NCBI GenBank assembly: GCA_035499005.1
Contig: DATJZQ010000064.1
Location: forward strand, 966-64,965
Reading direction: 5' to 3'
DNA length: 64,000 nucleotides
DNA from: Burkholderiales bacterium
GTDB lineage: Bacteria; Pseudomonadota; Gammaproteobacteria; Burkholderiales; SHXO01
A program made the position numbers and the translations under genes. How positions within the stretch are numbered: position 1 is the first letter of the stretch; each line of letters begins with the position of its first letter. Under the pieces are notes generated by a model that was given only the letters and a program-made list of their open reading frames with translations, was not told where the DNA came from and made no database searches. Of this stretch, positions 20,894 to 30,763 are shown one piece after another.

Positions 20894-23128
20894 ATGCCGC
20901 GCAAGCTTCTCGTCACCTCCGCTCTGCCTTACGCCAACGGCAGCATCCACCTGGGCCACCTGGTCGAGTACATCCAGACCGACATCTGGGTCCGCTACCA
21001 GAAGCTGCAGCCGGACACCGAGGTGCACTGCGTGTGCGCCGACGACACGCACGGCACACCCATCATGCTGCGCGCCGATCAGGAGGGCATCGCGCCCGAG
21101 GCCTTGATCGAGCGCGTATTCAAGGAGCATACGCGGGACTTCGCCGGCTTCCATATCCGCTTCGACAACTACTACACCACCAACTCGCCCGAAAATCGCG
21201 CGTTCTGCGAGGACATCTACGCGCAACTCGCGGCCGCCGATCTGATCGCCCGCCGCTCGGTCGAGCAGTTCTACGACCCGGTCAAGCAGATGTTCCTGCC
21301 CGACCGGTTCATCAAGGGCGAATGCCCCAACTGCCACTCGCTGGACCAGTACGGGGACTCGTGCGAGGTGTGCGGGACGACCTATAGCCCCACCGATCTG
21401 ATCAAGCCGTATTCGGTGGTGTCGGGCGTGACGCCGGTGCGACGCGCCTCGGAGCACTACTTTTTCAAGCTCAGCGACCCGCGCTGCCGCGAGTTCCTCG
21501 AGCAGTGGACTCAGGGGCGTCTCACGCCCGATCCGCCACTGCAGCCGGAAGCGGCCAACAAGCTCCAGGAATGGTTCGCCGCCGGCCTGCAGGACTGGGA
21601 TATCTCGCGCGATCCGCCGTATTTCGGCTTTCCGATCCCAGGGACCGACGGCAAGAAATTCTTCTACGTGTGGCTGGACGCGCCGGTGGGGTATTTCGGG
21701 AGCTTCCAGAATTACGCGGAGCGCATGCGGGCCCAGGGCCTCGACATCGATGTCGACGCTTTCCTGCGCCCTGGCCGCGGGACCGAGATGGTCCATTTCA
21801 TCGGCAAGGACATCCTCTACTTCCACGCCCTGTTCTGGCCGGCGATGCTGCGCTTCGCCGGCTATCGCACGCCGACCAAAGTGTTCGCGCACGGCTTCCT
21901 CACGGTGGACGGGCAGAAGATGTCCAAGTCGCGCGGCACCTTCATCACGGCGGAGAGCTACCTCGCGCTGGGGCTCAACCCGGAGTGGCTGCGCTACTAC
22001 TACGCCGCGAAGCTCGGCCCCAGCCTGGAAGACGTCGATTTGAGCCTCGAGGATTTCGTCGCACGCGTGAACAGCGACCTCGTTGGCAAGTACGTCAATA
22101 TTGCCAGCCGGACCGCCGCTTTCATCCACAAGCATTTCGACGGTGCGCTCAGCGTGTCGCTGGAAGATGCCACCCTCGACGATATCGCGCAGCATGCCCT
22201 GGACAGCGCCTACGACGAGCAGGTGGAAGGGCTGGCGCTGAGTCTCACCGGCGGCCTCGAGCTCCCTCGGCTCCTGGCGGTGATCGCGAACAGCGCCGGC
22301 GAAATTGCCGCCCATTACGAGGCAAGGGAATACGGCAAGGCCCTGCGCCGGGTCATGGCGCTGGCGGATCTGTGCAACCGGTACGTCGACCGCCTGGCGC
22401 CGTGGGACCTGGCCAAGGATCTCGCGCGCAACAGGACGCGCATTCACATCGGCTGCTCGATCGCGCTGAACGCATTCCGCCTCCTCACCCTGTACCTCAA
22501 GCCGGTGCTGCCGCACGTCGCCGCTGAGGCGGAGAGATTCCTCAACGTCGCGCCGCTCACCTGGTCCAACGCGTCGACCATGCTGCCCGCGGAACACCGG
22601 ATCAATGCGTACCACCACCTGATCACACGTATCGACCCCAAGCAGCTCACAGCGCTGGTCGAGGCCAACAAGGAAACTCTGCAGGCTGCGCCGCAGCCGA
22701 ACTCACCTCGGCGACACGCTCAACACCAGGAGAACATCGTGACTCAGCAAACCTCCCCCTCACCCCAGCCCTCTCCCGCGGGGGGAGAGGGAGCCAAAGG
22801 CGAGCTCGCCACGATCGACGATTTCAACAAGCTCGATCTGCGCGTGGCCCGCATCGTCAGCGCCGAGCACGTCGACGGGGCCGACAAGCTGCTCAGGCTG
22901 CAGCTCGATCTGGGCGGCGAGAAGCGCCAGGTATTTGCCGGCATCAAATCGGCCTACGACCCGGCGCAGCTCAACGGCCGTTTGACGGTGGTAGTGGCGA
23001 ATCTGCAGCCGCGCAAGATGCGCTTCGGCGAGTCACAGGGCATGGTGCTGGCGGCGAGCGGTGAAGGCCCGGGCATCTTTCTTCTGAGCCCGGACGATGG
23101 CGCTCAGCCCGGCATGCGGGTGAAGTAA
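20894..23128 (+). CDS. metG: methionine--tRNA ligase (with C-terminal Trbp111/EMAP-like tRNA-binding domain)
   Basis: Start [28 protein letters not shown] (HIGH motif), zinc knuckles CPNCHS...CEVCG, KMSKS. C-terminal [20 protein letters not shown]...[18 protein letters not shown]. The linker carries an in-frame REP-like repeat copy. Confidence 0.95.
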   Translation: MPRKLLVTSALPYANGSIHLGHLVEYIQTDIWVRYQKLQPDTEVHCVCADDTHGTPIMLRADQEGIAPEALIERVFKEHTRDFAGFHIRFDNYYTTNSPENRAFCEDIYAQLAAADLIARRSVEQFYDPVKQMFLPDRFIKGECPNCHSLDQYGDSCEVCGTTYSPTDLIKPYSVVSGVTPVRRASEHYFFKLSDPRCREFLEQWTQGRLTPDPPLQPEAANKLQEWFAAGLQDWDISRDPPYFGFPIPGTDGKKFFYVWLDAPVGYFGSFQNYAERMRAQGLDIDVDAFLRPGRGTEMVHFIGKDILYFHALFWPAMLRFAGYRTPTKVFAHGFLTVDGQKMSKSRGTFITAESYLALGLNPEWLRYYYAAKLGPSLEDVDLSLEDFVARVNSDLVGKYVNIASRTAAFIHKHFDGALSVSLEDATLDDIAQHALDSAYDEQVEGLALSLTGGLELPRLLAVIANSAGEIAAHYEAREYGKALRRVMALADLCNRYVDRLAPWDLAKDLARNRTRIHIGCSIALNAFRLLTLYLKPVLPHVAAEAERFLNVAPLTWSNASTMLPAEHRINAYHHLITRIDPKQLTALVEANKETLQAAPQPNSPRRHAQHQENIVTQQTSPSPQPSPAGGEGAKGELATIDDFNKLDLRVARIVSAEHVDGADKLLRLQLDLGGEKRQVFAGIKSAYDPAQLNGRLTVVVANLQPRKMRFGESQGMVLAASGEGPGIFLLSPDDGAQPGMRVK
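22752..22794. repeat. REP-like repeat copy embedded in frame in the metG linker
   Basis: CCTCCCCCTCACCCCAGCCCTCTCCC-GCGG-GGGGAGAGGGAGCC. Translated in the metG frame as [14 protein letters not shown]. Confidence 0.75.
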
Positions 23129-23136
23129 AGCGTGCT

Positions 23137-23412
23137 GTGAAGGTTACCAGTCACGCGATCGTCCGGGGCCGCGTGCAGGGCGTGGGCTTCCGCGAATATC
23201 TGCGCCGGGAGGCGGAGCGCCTGGGCGTGACCGGCTGGGTGCGCAACCGCCGCGACGGCACCGTCGAGGCCATGGTTCACGGCGCGCCGGACGACGTGGC
23301 GCAGCTCCTCAACTGGATGCGGCGCGGCCCACCCGCCGCGTGCGTGACGGACGTGCAGGTGAATGAAGCCACGGGCGAGTTCGAAGTTTTCGAGCATCTC
23401 CCCACGACCTGA
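23137..23412 (+). CDS. acyP: acylphosphatase
   Basis: 91-aa ORF with VRGRVQGVGFREYLRREAERLGVTGWVRNRRDGTVE, the acylphosphatase signature. Confidence 0.85.
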   Translation: MKVTSHAIVRGRVQGVGFREYLRREAERLGVTGWVRNRRDGTVEAMVHGAPDDVAQLLNWMRRGPPAACVTDVQVNEATGEFEVFEHLPTT

Positions 23413-23441
23413 CCTGCGCCCTATCCACAGCCCTCCCTTCA

Positions 23442-23517
23442 GCGCGAATTAAGCGTCACGTCCTGTGTGACGCTTCAATTCGCGCAGTTATTGGCCCAGC
23501 TCACCTGGGGCAATAAC
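23442..23517. terminator. two adjacent hairpins between convergent acyP and dnaE (probable bidirectional terminator)
   Basis: Hairpin 1: GCGCGAATTAAGCGTCAC / GTGACGCTT(C)AATTCGCGC, 18-bp stem with one bulge and a 7-nt loop (23442-23485). Hairpin 2: GTTATTG...CAATAAC with inner CCCAG/CTGGG (23487-23517). Confidence 0.5.
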
Positions 23518-23519
23518 AA

Positions 23520-26500
23520 CTAATAGAGGACCTGGACGTTCTGCGGCTGCAGCCAGGCCGTAAGCGAGCGCAGCAGGTCGTCGTCCAACTTCACACGCCA
23601 CTCGTCGCCCAGGTCGATGCGGCACTGCGCGCCGCCGTTGTTGTAGACGATGGACACCGGGCAGGTGCCCTGTCTGTAGGGCGAGAGCAGCTCGCGCAGC
23701 CGCGCTCCGCTCGACTCGCCGTTGCACATGAGGCGCACGCCTCGGGCGAAGCGGCCGCGGGCGGCGGCCAGGTCGTACACCTTCTCGGCCGCGATTCGAA
23801 CGCCGCCGGTGAATTCGTCGCTTTGGGGCCGCCCTTCGACCACCAGCAGTTGATCTTCCTTGAGCAGGCTGCGGCTCGCCTCGAACAACTCGTTGTAGAC
23901 GGTCACCTCGACGCGCGCCGTCCCGTCGTCGAGCTGCACGATCGCCATACGGCCGCGGCGGCTCTGCTGCAAGCGCAGGGCGTTGACCACGCCGGCCACG
24001 ATAACGCTCTGAGACTGCGGCATCACGCTCGCGAGCGACGTGCGCGCGAGCGGAGCGACTTCCGCGGCGTAGCTGGAGAACGGGTGCCCGCTCAGGTAGA
24101 AGCCAAGCGCCTGCTTTTCCTCCACCAGCCGCTCGCTCTCGCTCCAGGCCGGCCTCTCAAGCAGCTCGAGACGCGCCTCGGCCATGCCGAGGCCGGGCCC
24201 GAACAGGCTGCTCTGAGCTGCCGCGCGGCTCGCCTGCTCTGCGCTCTCCATGGCGATGCCGGCGGAAGCGAGCAGCCGGTGCCGGTGCTGGTCGACGCTG
24301 TCGAAGGCGCCGGCGCGGATCAGCGACTCGAGCACACGCCGGTTGACGATGCGCTTGTCCACCCGGCGGCAGAACTCGAACAGGTCGCGGTAGGCGCCCC
24401 TCTCCTGGCGCGCTCTGAGGATCGCGCTGATCGCGGACTCGCCGGTGCCCTTTATCGCGCCCAATCCATAGCGGATCTCGGTCGCGCTGACCGGCGTGAA
24501 ACGATAGTCGGACGCGTTGATGTCCGGCGGCAGAACCTTCAGTCCGCACGCGACCGCATCCTCGTACAGCTGATGCACCTTGTCAGTGTCGTCCATGACC
24601 GCAGACAGGTTGGCCGCCATGAACGCGGCCGGATAATGCGCCTTCATGTACGCCGTCTGGTAGGCCACCAGCGCATAGGCCGCGGCGTGCGACTTGTTGA
24701 AACCGTACCCGGCGAACTTCTCCATCAAGTCGAACAGCTGCGTGGCCTTGTCGCGCGACAACCCCTGCTTCTCGGCTCCGGCCACGAAAACATCCCGCTG
24801 CTGCGCCATCTCCTCCGGCTTCTTCTTGCCCATCGCGCGGCGCAGGAGGTCGGCGGCGCCCAGGGTGTAGCCGCCGATCACCTGGGCGATCTGCATGACC
24901 TGCTCCTGGTACACCATGATCCCGTAGGTGGGGCTCAGAATGGGCTCCAGGCGCGGATCGAGGAAGGACACGCGCTTGCCGTGCTTGCGCTCGATGAACT
25001 CGGGGATGAGCTCCATCGGGCCGGGGCGATACAGCGCGACCAGAGCGATGATGTCTTCGAAGCGGTCAGGCTTCGCCTTCTTCACCAGGTCGCGCATGCC
25101 GCGCGACTCAAACTGGAACACGGCGGTGGTGTTGCCGGTGGAGAAGATCCGGTAGGCCTGAGCATCGTCGAGCGGAATCTGCTCCAGCGAGAGGCTGGCG
25201 GCCGCTTCGCCCCGCGCCCGGATGAAGCGGACGGTCCAGTCGAGAATGGTCAGCGTAGTGAGCCCCAGGAAGTCGAACTTGACCAGGCCCACCGCCTCCA
25301 CGTCGTCTTTGTCGAACTGGCTCACTACGTTGTCGGCACCCTCCGCGCTGTACAGCGGGCAGAAGTCGGTCAGCTTGCCCGGCGCGATCAGCACGCCGCC
25401 CGCGTGCATGCCCACGTTGCGCGTGAGCCCCTCGAGCCGCTCCGCCAGCTCCAGCAGCTGACGCACCTCTTCCTCCTTCGCCTCGCGCTCAGCGAGCAGC
25501 GGCTCCATCTCGCGCGCCATCTTGAGCGTGACGAGCTTGCCGGGCTGAAACGGAATGAGCTTGGCGAGCTGGTCGCAGAAGTTGTATGGCATGTCCAGGA
25601 CGCGACCGACGTCGCGCACCACCGCCTTTGCGGCCATGGTGCCGAAAGTCGCGATCTGCGAAACGTTCTGCTCGCCGTACTTGAGCCGCACGTATTCGAT
25701 CACCCGGTCGCGCCCGTCCTGGCAGAAGTCCACGTCGAAGTCAGGCATGGAGATGCGCTCAGGGTTGAGAAAGCGCTCGAACAGCAGGTCATAGCGCAGC
25801 GGGTCGAGATCGGTGATGCCAAGGCTGTAGGCCACCAGCGAGCCGGCGCCCGAGCCGCGCCCCGGCCCGACCGGGACGCCGTTGCGTTTTGCCCAGTTGA
25901 TGAAGTCCGCCACAATGAGAAAGTAGCCGGCAAAACCCATCTCGATGATGGTTTTGAGCTCCAGCTCCAGCCGCTCGCGGTAACGTCCCGCCTGCCCCTC
26001 TCGCTGCGCGCCATCCGGATACAGTGCGCCCAGCCGCTGCTCGAGGCCGGCCATCGCTTCGCTGCGCAGGTACTGGTTGAGGCCGATCCGTTCCGGCGTG
26101 GGGAACAGCGGCAGCTTGCTCTTGCCCAGCTCCAACTCGAAGCTGCAGCGCCGGGCGATCTCGACGCTGTTGGCGAGCGCGGCGGGAATGTCGCCGAACA
26201 ACTGCGCCATCTCGTCTTGCGTCTTGAAGTACTGCTCGGGCGTAAACCGCCGCGGCCGACGCTGGTCAGCGAGGATGTAACCCTGGCTGATGCACACCCG
26301 CGCCTCGTGCGCCCGAAATTCCTCGGGCGTCAGGAACTGGACCGGATGTGTCGCCACCACGGGCAGGCGCAGCCGCCCCGCCAGGCGCAGCGCGCGCTGT
26401 ACGTGGCCGTCGTCTTCGGCGTGACCGGCGCGTTGCAGCTCGAGATAGTAGCGTCCCGGGAACAGAGCGGCCCAATCTTGAGCCAGCCGCCGCGCCAGCA

Positions 26501-26945
26501 CCGCGTTGTCAGCCGCCAGCGCATGGCCCACGTCGCCCAGGGACGCGCCGGAAAGTGCGATCAGGCCTTCTGTTCCCAATTCCGCGAACCAACTGGCGGC
26601 GACCTCAGCGCGGCCGCGATGCTGATTGCTGCGATAGGCGCGCGAGAGCAGCTCGCACAAGCGTAGATAGCCGGCGCGGTTCTGGCACAGCAGCAGCACC
26701 CGGTACGGCTTGTCGCGGTCCTGCTCGTTGGCGATCCAAAGGTCGCAGCCGACGATGGGTTTGATGCCCGACTCGCGCGCCGCCTGATAGAACTTGACCA
26801 GGCCGAAGACATTGGCGAGGTCGGTGAGCGCAAGCGCAGGCATGTGGTCCGCCGCCGCACGCTCGACAGCCTGATCCAGACGGACCAGCCCGTCGGAGAT
26901 CGAGTATTCGCTGTGCAGCCGGAGGTGGATGAATCGCGGAGCCAC
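23520..26945 (-). CDS. dnaE: DNA polymerase III alpha subunit
   Basis: 1141-aa ORF with a PHP domain start (FIHLRLHSEYSISDGL), the palm motif PDFDVDFCQDGRD, the GLVKFDFLGL fingers motif, and a C-terminal OB fold. Confidence 0.97.
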   Translation of the reverse strand: MAPRFIHLRLHSEYSISDGLVRLDQAVERAAADHMPALALTDLANVFGLVKFYQAARESGIKPIVGCDLWIANEQDRDKPYRVLLLCQNRAGYLRLCELLSRAYRSNQHRGRAEVAASWFAELGTEGLIALSGASLGDVGHALAADNAVLARRLAQDWAALFPGRYYLELQRAGHAEDDGHVQRALRLAGRLRLPVVATHPVQFLTPEEFRAHEARVCISQGYILADQRRPRRFTPEQYFKTQDEMAQLFGDIPAALANSVEIARRCSFELELGKSKLPLFPTPERIGLNQYLRSEAMAGLEQRLGALYPDGAQREGQAGRYRERLELELKTIIEMGFAGYFLIVADFINWAKRNGVPVGPGRGSGAGSLVAYSLGITDLDPLRYDLLFERFLNPERISMPDFDVDFCQDGRDRVIEYVRLKYGEQNVSQIATFGTMAAKAVVRDVGRVLDMPYNFCDQLAKLIPFQPGKLVTLKMAREMEPLLAEREAKEEEVRQLLELAERLEGLTRNVGMHAGGVLIAPGKLTDFCPLYSAEGADNVVSQFDKDDVEAVGLVKFDFLGLTTLTILDWTVRFIRARGEAAASLSLEQIPLDDAQAYRIFSTGNTTAVFQFESRGMRDLVKKAKPDRFEDIIALVALYRPGPMELIPEFIERKHGKRVSFLDPRLEPILSPTYGIMVYQEQVMQIAQVIGGYTLGAADLLRRAMGKKKPEEMAQQRDVFVAGAEKQGLSRDKATQLFDLMEKFAGYGFNKSHAAAYALVAYQTAYMKAHYPAAFMAANLSAVMDDTDKVHQLYEDAVACGLKVLPPDINASDYRFTPVSATEIRYGLGAIKGTGESAISAILRARQERGAYRDLFEFCRRVDKRIVNRRVLESLIRAGAFDSVDQHRHRLLASAGIAMESAEQASRAAAQSSLFGPGLGMAEARLELLERPAWSESERLVEEKQALGFYLSGHPFSSYAAEVAPLARTSLASVMPQSQSVIVAGVVNALRLQQSRRGRMAIVQLDDGTARVEVTVYNELFEASRSLLKEDQLLVVEGRPQSDEFTGGVRIAAEKVYDLAAARGRFARGVRLMCNGESSGARLRELLSPYRQGTCPVSIVYNNGGAQCRIDLGDEWRVKLDDDLLRSLTAWLQPQNVQVLY

Positions 26946-27116
26946 GTCCGAATTCTACGACGCCCTCGTTTCCGATGCGGTCCCGCCGGCAATGCGCCGT
27001 CCCATCGGCCGTTGCCGGCGCTTGCGTTGAAGATGCCCGCGGGGCGCGGGTTTCCGGGCATGCCGGTTCGCGGAAGCTATATGCTAGCCACGCGCCCGCA
27101 GCTAAAGTAGCGTCAT

Positions 27117-27983
27117 ATGAAGCCGAGCCAGTCGCACATCCTGCAGATCCGGGGGCTGCGCTACCACATGCGCACGTGGGGCGATCCGCGCGACCCGAAG
27201 CTCGTGCTGCTGCACGGCTGGATGGACGTCTCGGCCTCCTTCCAGTTTCTGGTCGATGCGCTGCGGCGCGACTGGTACGTCATCGCGCCGGATTGGCGCG
27301 GGTTCGGATTGTCGGAATGGGTCGCGGGCGGCTACTGGTTCCCCGACTACATCGGCGATCTCGAAGCGCTGGTGGCGCAGGTTTCCCCGGATGCACCGGT
27401 AAGCCTGGTCGGGCACAGCATGGGCGGCAACGTCGCGGGGCTTTACGCGGGGGTGCGTCCCGCCCGCGTCGCGAAGCTCGCTTTGCTGGAGGGCTTTGGC
27501 CTCCCCGGCACCACCGCAAGCGGAGCCCCCAAGCGTTACGCCAAGTGGCTCGACGAGTTGGCCGAGCCGCGCTCGTTCAAGCCCTATGCCTCGTTCGAGG
27601 AGGTCGAGGATCGCCTGATGCAGAACAACCGCAGACTGTCACGCCAAAGAGCGCACTTTCTGGCGCCGCACTGGGCCAAGCGCCTCGACTCCGGGGAAGT
27701 CGTCCTGAACAGCGACCCGGCGCACAAGATGGTGAACCCCGTGCTGTACCGCTTGGAGGAAGCGCTCGCGTGCTGGGAGCAGATCACGGCGCCCGTGCTG
27801 TGGGTGTGGGGTGACGGCCACTGGCTGCGGCAGTGGCTGAAGGACAACCAAGCCGACCTCGAGCGGCGACGCGCAGCTTTCCGCAACCTGACCGAGCATA
27901 CGCTGCCCGACGCCGGACACATGATGCATCACGACCAGCCGGAAGCGCTCGCCGCGGTTCTGGAGGAGTTTCTGGCGGGTTAG
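27117..27983 (+). CDS. alpha/beta-fold hydrolase
   Basis: 288-aa ORF with an LLHGWMD oxyanion region, the GHSMGG nucleophile elbow, and a C-terminal DAGHMMHHDQPE His motif. Confidence 0.8.
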   Translation: MKPSQSHILQIRGLRYHMRTWGDPRDPKLVLLHGWMDVSASFQFLVDALRRDWYVIAPDWRGFGLSEWVAGGYWFPDYIGDLEALVAQVSPDAPVSLVGHSMGGNVAGLYAGVRPARVAKLALLEGFGLPGTTASGAPKRYAKWLDELAEPRSFKPYASFEEVEDRLMQNNRRLSRQRAHFLAPHWAKRLDSGEVVLNSDPAHKMVNPVLYRLEEALACWEQITAPVLWVWGDGHWLRQWLKDNQADLERRRAAFRNLTEHTLPDAGHMMHHDQPEALAAVLEEFLAG

Positions 27984-27996
27984 ACCGTCTGCCGCG

Positions 27997-28617
27997 TCAG
28001 CGCCGGACAAAACCGTCGAGTACCCCGGCCACCAGCTGTTTCGCGAAGCGCGAATCCAGCTTGGCGTGCTGCGCCAGCAGGCGATACCAGAGCGCGCCGA
28101 AGAGCAGGTCGACCATCACATCCAGATCCGCGTCGGGCTTGAGCTCCCCCCTCGCGCGGCCGCGCTCGAGGACCTGCTCCAGAGCGGCGCGGCGCTTCGC
28201 GATGAGCACCTCGCGCAGGATCTCGAGGAATTCCGGATCGTAGACCGCGTCGGCCATCAGTCCGCGCATGGTCGGACCTGAAATGTCCGTAAGGCGTTTG
28301 AATGCTGCGCAGAAGAACCACTCGAGGTCGGCGCGCAAAGCGCCCTTGTCGGGCATCGGCAGCTTGCTGGCTGCGTGGTTGGCGTAGGCTTCGAGCACCA
28401 GCTCCGCTTTGCATTTCCACCAGCGGTAGATCGTCTGCTTGCCTACACCCGCGTGCCGCGCCACATTTTCGATGGTCAGGGCGCCGTACCCCTCCTGCTC
28501 GAGCATGGCGACAACGGCGTCGAGGATGGCTTCGTGCGAATCGGCGCTGCGTGGGCGCCCGCGCAGGGGGCGCCGGCTTTCCACCACCAGCTGCGCCTCG
28601 GAATTCGACTTGGGCAT
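27997..28617 (-). CDS. TetR/AcrR-family transcriptional regulator
   Basis: HTH segment LTIENVARHAGVGKQTIYRWW. Start set at MPKSNSE (28617); the track ORF extends 27 codons further upstream. Confidence 0.8.
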   Translation of the reverse strand: MPKSNSEAQLVVESRRPLRGRPRSADSHEAILDAVVAMLEQEGYGALTIENVARHAGVGKQTIYRWWKCKAELVLEAYANHAASKLPMPDKGALRADLEWFFCAAFKRLTDISGPTMRGLMADAVYDPEFLEILREVLIAKRRAALEQVLERGRARGELKPDADLDVMVDLLFGALWYRLLAQHAKLDSRFAKQLVAGVLDGFVRR

Positions 28618-28713
28618 GTTCGGGACCAGTTGTCGTCGGGAGTCTCGGGCCCCGGAACGGGAGAGCCGTATGTTACCGCCTGCAGGCTGCCCGCTCAACG
28701 TAAACCGCTTTGC

Positions 28714-29997
28714 TCACTTCGCCTTCGTCAGCGCCTGGTCGATGTCCCACAGGATGTCGTCGAGATCCTCGATACCGATCGACAGCCGGATCATGTCGGG
28801 CGTCACACCGGCTTTGATCTGCTCCGCTTCGGACAGCTGGCGGTGCGTGGTCGACGCCGGGTGGATGACCAGCGTCTTGGCGTCTCCTACATTCGCCAGG
28901 TGGCTCAGAAACTGCACGCCCTCGATAAATCTCACGCCGGCCTGCTGCCCGCCTTTGATGCCGAAGGTCATGATGGCGCCTGCGCCTTTGGGCATGTACT
29001 TGCGGGCAAGCTCGTAGTATCGGCTCGATGGCAGGCTCGGGTAATTGACCCAGCTCACCTGCGGATGCCGCTCGAGAAACTGGGCCACGGCGAGCGCATT
29101 GGCGACGTGGCGGTCCATTCGCACGTGCAGCGTCTCGAGCCCCTGCAGCAGCAGCCATGCGTTCATCGGCGCCATGGCCGGCCCGAGCGTGCGCATCGTT
29201 TCCATGCGCGCCTTCATGACGTACCCGAAGTCTCCGAAAGTTTCGTGGAAGATGACGCCGTGGTAGCCGCGCGAGGGCGTCGTCATCCCCGGAAACTTGC
29301 CGTTGCCCCAGGGGAACTTGCCCGATTCGACCAGCACGCCGCCCATGGTCGTCCCGTGGCCGCCGATGTACTTCGTGGCCGAGTGCACGACGATGTCGGC
29401 ACCGAATTCGATCGGACGGCAAAGATACGGGGTCGCGAACGTGTTGTCGATCACCAGCGGGATCCCGGCGTCCTTGGCAATCGCAGCCACCGCTTCGATG
29501 TCGAGCACGTTGATGCGCGGATTGCCCGCGGTTTCCGCGTAGAGGACTTTGGTCTTCGGCGTGATCGCGCGCTGGAAGTTGAGCGGGTCGTCTGGATCGA
29601 CGAATCTGGTCTCGATGCCGAACTGCCGGAACATGACGTCGAACTGAGAATAAGTCCCACCGTACAGCGTGCTGGCCGACACGATCTCATCGCCGTTTTG
29701 CACCAGCGTGAGCAAGGCGCACATCTGCGCCGCCTGACCCGAGGCCGCCGCAAGCGCCGCGCGGCCGCCCTCGAGCGCTGCTACGCGCTCCTCGAATACG
29801 GACACCGTCGGGTTCGAGATGCGCGAGTAGACGTTGCCGAATGTCTGAAGGTTGAACAGGCTCGCGGCGTGATCGGCCGAGTCGAACACGTAGGAGGTGG
29901 TCTGGTAGATGGGTACCGCCCGCGCGCCGGTAGCCGGGTCCGGGATGGCGCCGGCATGCAGGCACAAGGTGCCGAATCCGAATTTGCGATCAGCCAT
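28714..29997 (-). CDS. metY: O-acetylhomoserine sulfhydrylase (aminocarboxypropyltransferase)
   Basis: 427-aa Cys/Met-metabolism PLP enzyme with VHSATKYIGGHG (PLP-Lys) and the N-terminus FGTLCLHAG...TTSYVF. Confidence 0.9.
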   Translation of the reverse strand: MADRKFGFGTLCLHAGAIPDPATGARAVPIYQTTSYVFDSADHAASLFNLQTFGNVYSRISNPTVSVFEERVAALEGGRAALAAASGQAAQMCALLTLVQNGDEIVSASTLYGGTYSQFDVMFRQFGIETRFVDPDDPLNFQRAITPKTKVLYAETAGNPRINVLDIEAVAAIAKDAGIPLVIDNTFATPYLCRPIEFGADIVVHSATKYIGGHGTTMGGVLVESGKFPWGNGKFPGMTTPSRGYHGVIFHETFGDFGYVMKARMETMRTLGPAMAPMNAWLLLQGLETLHVRMDRHVANALAVAQFLERHPQVSWVNYPSLPSSRYYELARKYMPKGAGAIMTFGIKGGQQAGVRFIEGVQFLSHLANVGDAKTLVIHPASTTHRQLSEAEQIKAGVTPDMIRLSIGIEDLDDILWDIDQALTKAK

Positions 29998-30004
29998 AAG
30001 GGAC

Positions 30005-30104
30005 GTGAAGAGGTGAAGAGGTGAAAAAGTGAAAAGGTGAAGGGTGAAAGGTGAGCGATCACGAGGGAACCGCCTTCACGTTTTCACCTGTTCACTTCTT
30101 CACC
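30005..30104. repeat. tandem GTGAA(G/A)(A/G)(G) heptamer/octamer array facing an inverted TTCAC array (CoA-binding gene / metY intergenic)
   Basis: 30005-30056: GTGAAGAG GTGAAGAG GTGAAAAA GTGAAAAG GTGAAGG GTGAAAG GTGAG. 30073-30104: CCTTCACGTTTTCACCTGTTCACTTCTTCACCTC. Confidence 0.75.
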
Positions 30105-30575
30105 TCAATAGGGCAGATAGTTCGGCCGCTTGGCCGAGATCACGCGCGTGTTGACGCCGCACCAGTTGAGGCCGCCGAACAGCCGGCCATGCTCGATCTT
30201 CATGCAGCGATCCATGACGACTTCGAGGCCGGCGGCTCTCGCTTTCTCCGCGGCAGCGTGGTTGATCACGCCGAGCTGCATCCACAACACCTTGGCGCCG
30301 ATCGCGATCGCGTCGTCCGCGAGCGCAGGAATCTCCTCGCTGCGGCGAAAGCAATCGACCACGTCGACCTTGAACGGAATGGCGCGCAGGTTGGGATAGC
30401 ACTTCTCGTTCAAAACCTCTGCGTACTGAGGATTCACAGGGACGATGCGGTAACCATGCGCCTGCAGATATTTGGCGGCGAAGTAGCTGGGCCGCCACCA
30501 GTTGGCGGAAAGCCCCACCACCGCGATGGTCTTGGTCTGCTTGAGAATGCGGCGCAGTGTGTTGATGTCTTCTTC
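30105..30575 (-). CDS. CoA-binding domain protein (YccU-like)
   Basis: Contains LKQTKTIAVVGLSANWWRPSYFAAKYLQAHGYRIVPVNP, typical of the CoA_binding_2 family. Start set at MEEDINT. Confidence 0.75.
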   Translation of the reverse strand, partial: EEDINTLRRILKQTKTIAVVGLSANWWRPSYFAAKYLQAHGYRIVPVNPQYAEVLNEKCYPNLRAIPFKVDVVDCFRRSEEIPALADDAIAIGAKVLWMQLGVINHAAAEKARAAGLEVVMDRCMKIEHGRLFGGLNWCGVNTRVISAKRPNYLPY

Positions 30576-30763
30576 CATTTGATTGCTATTCTTGCCAGAG
30601 GCGCCGAAGTTTAGCATCAAACACGAGGCGCTCCGGCGTGCGCGGAGCGGGGCCTGCTGCCCCTAACCAAAGTCATATGCCGGACGGGCAATGTCCGCCG
30701 GCCAGGCCTCGGACTACCGTGCGCTCAGGCAGGCGCGCGGTTTGCCCTGCCGGGGAGCAGAAC

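Noticed and set aside
20864-22618. 584-aa minus-strand ORF
   Set aside because: It is antisense to metG (HIGH and KMSKS motifs on the plus strand), a high-GC artefact.
23823-26666. 947-aa plus-strand ORF
   Set aside because: It is antisense to dnaE, an Arg/Leu/His-rich translation without recognisable domains.
28375-30024. 549-aa plus-strand ORF
   Set aside because: It is antisense to metY and the TetR gene. The minus-strand products have clear family motifs.
30005-30056. Short tandem GTGAAG array considered as a mini CRISPR
   Set aside because: The period is only 7-8 nt with no spacers and no cas genes nearby. It is a simple tandem/inverted repeat instead.
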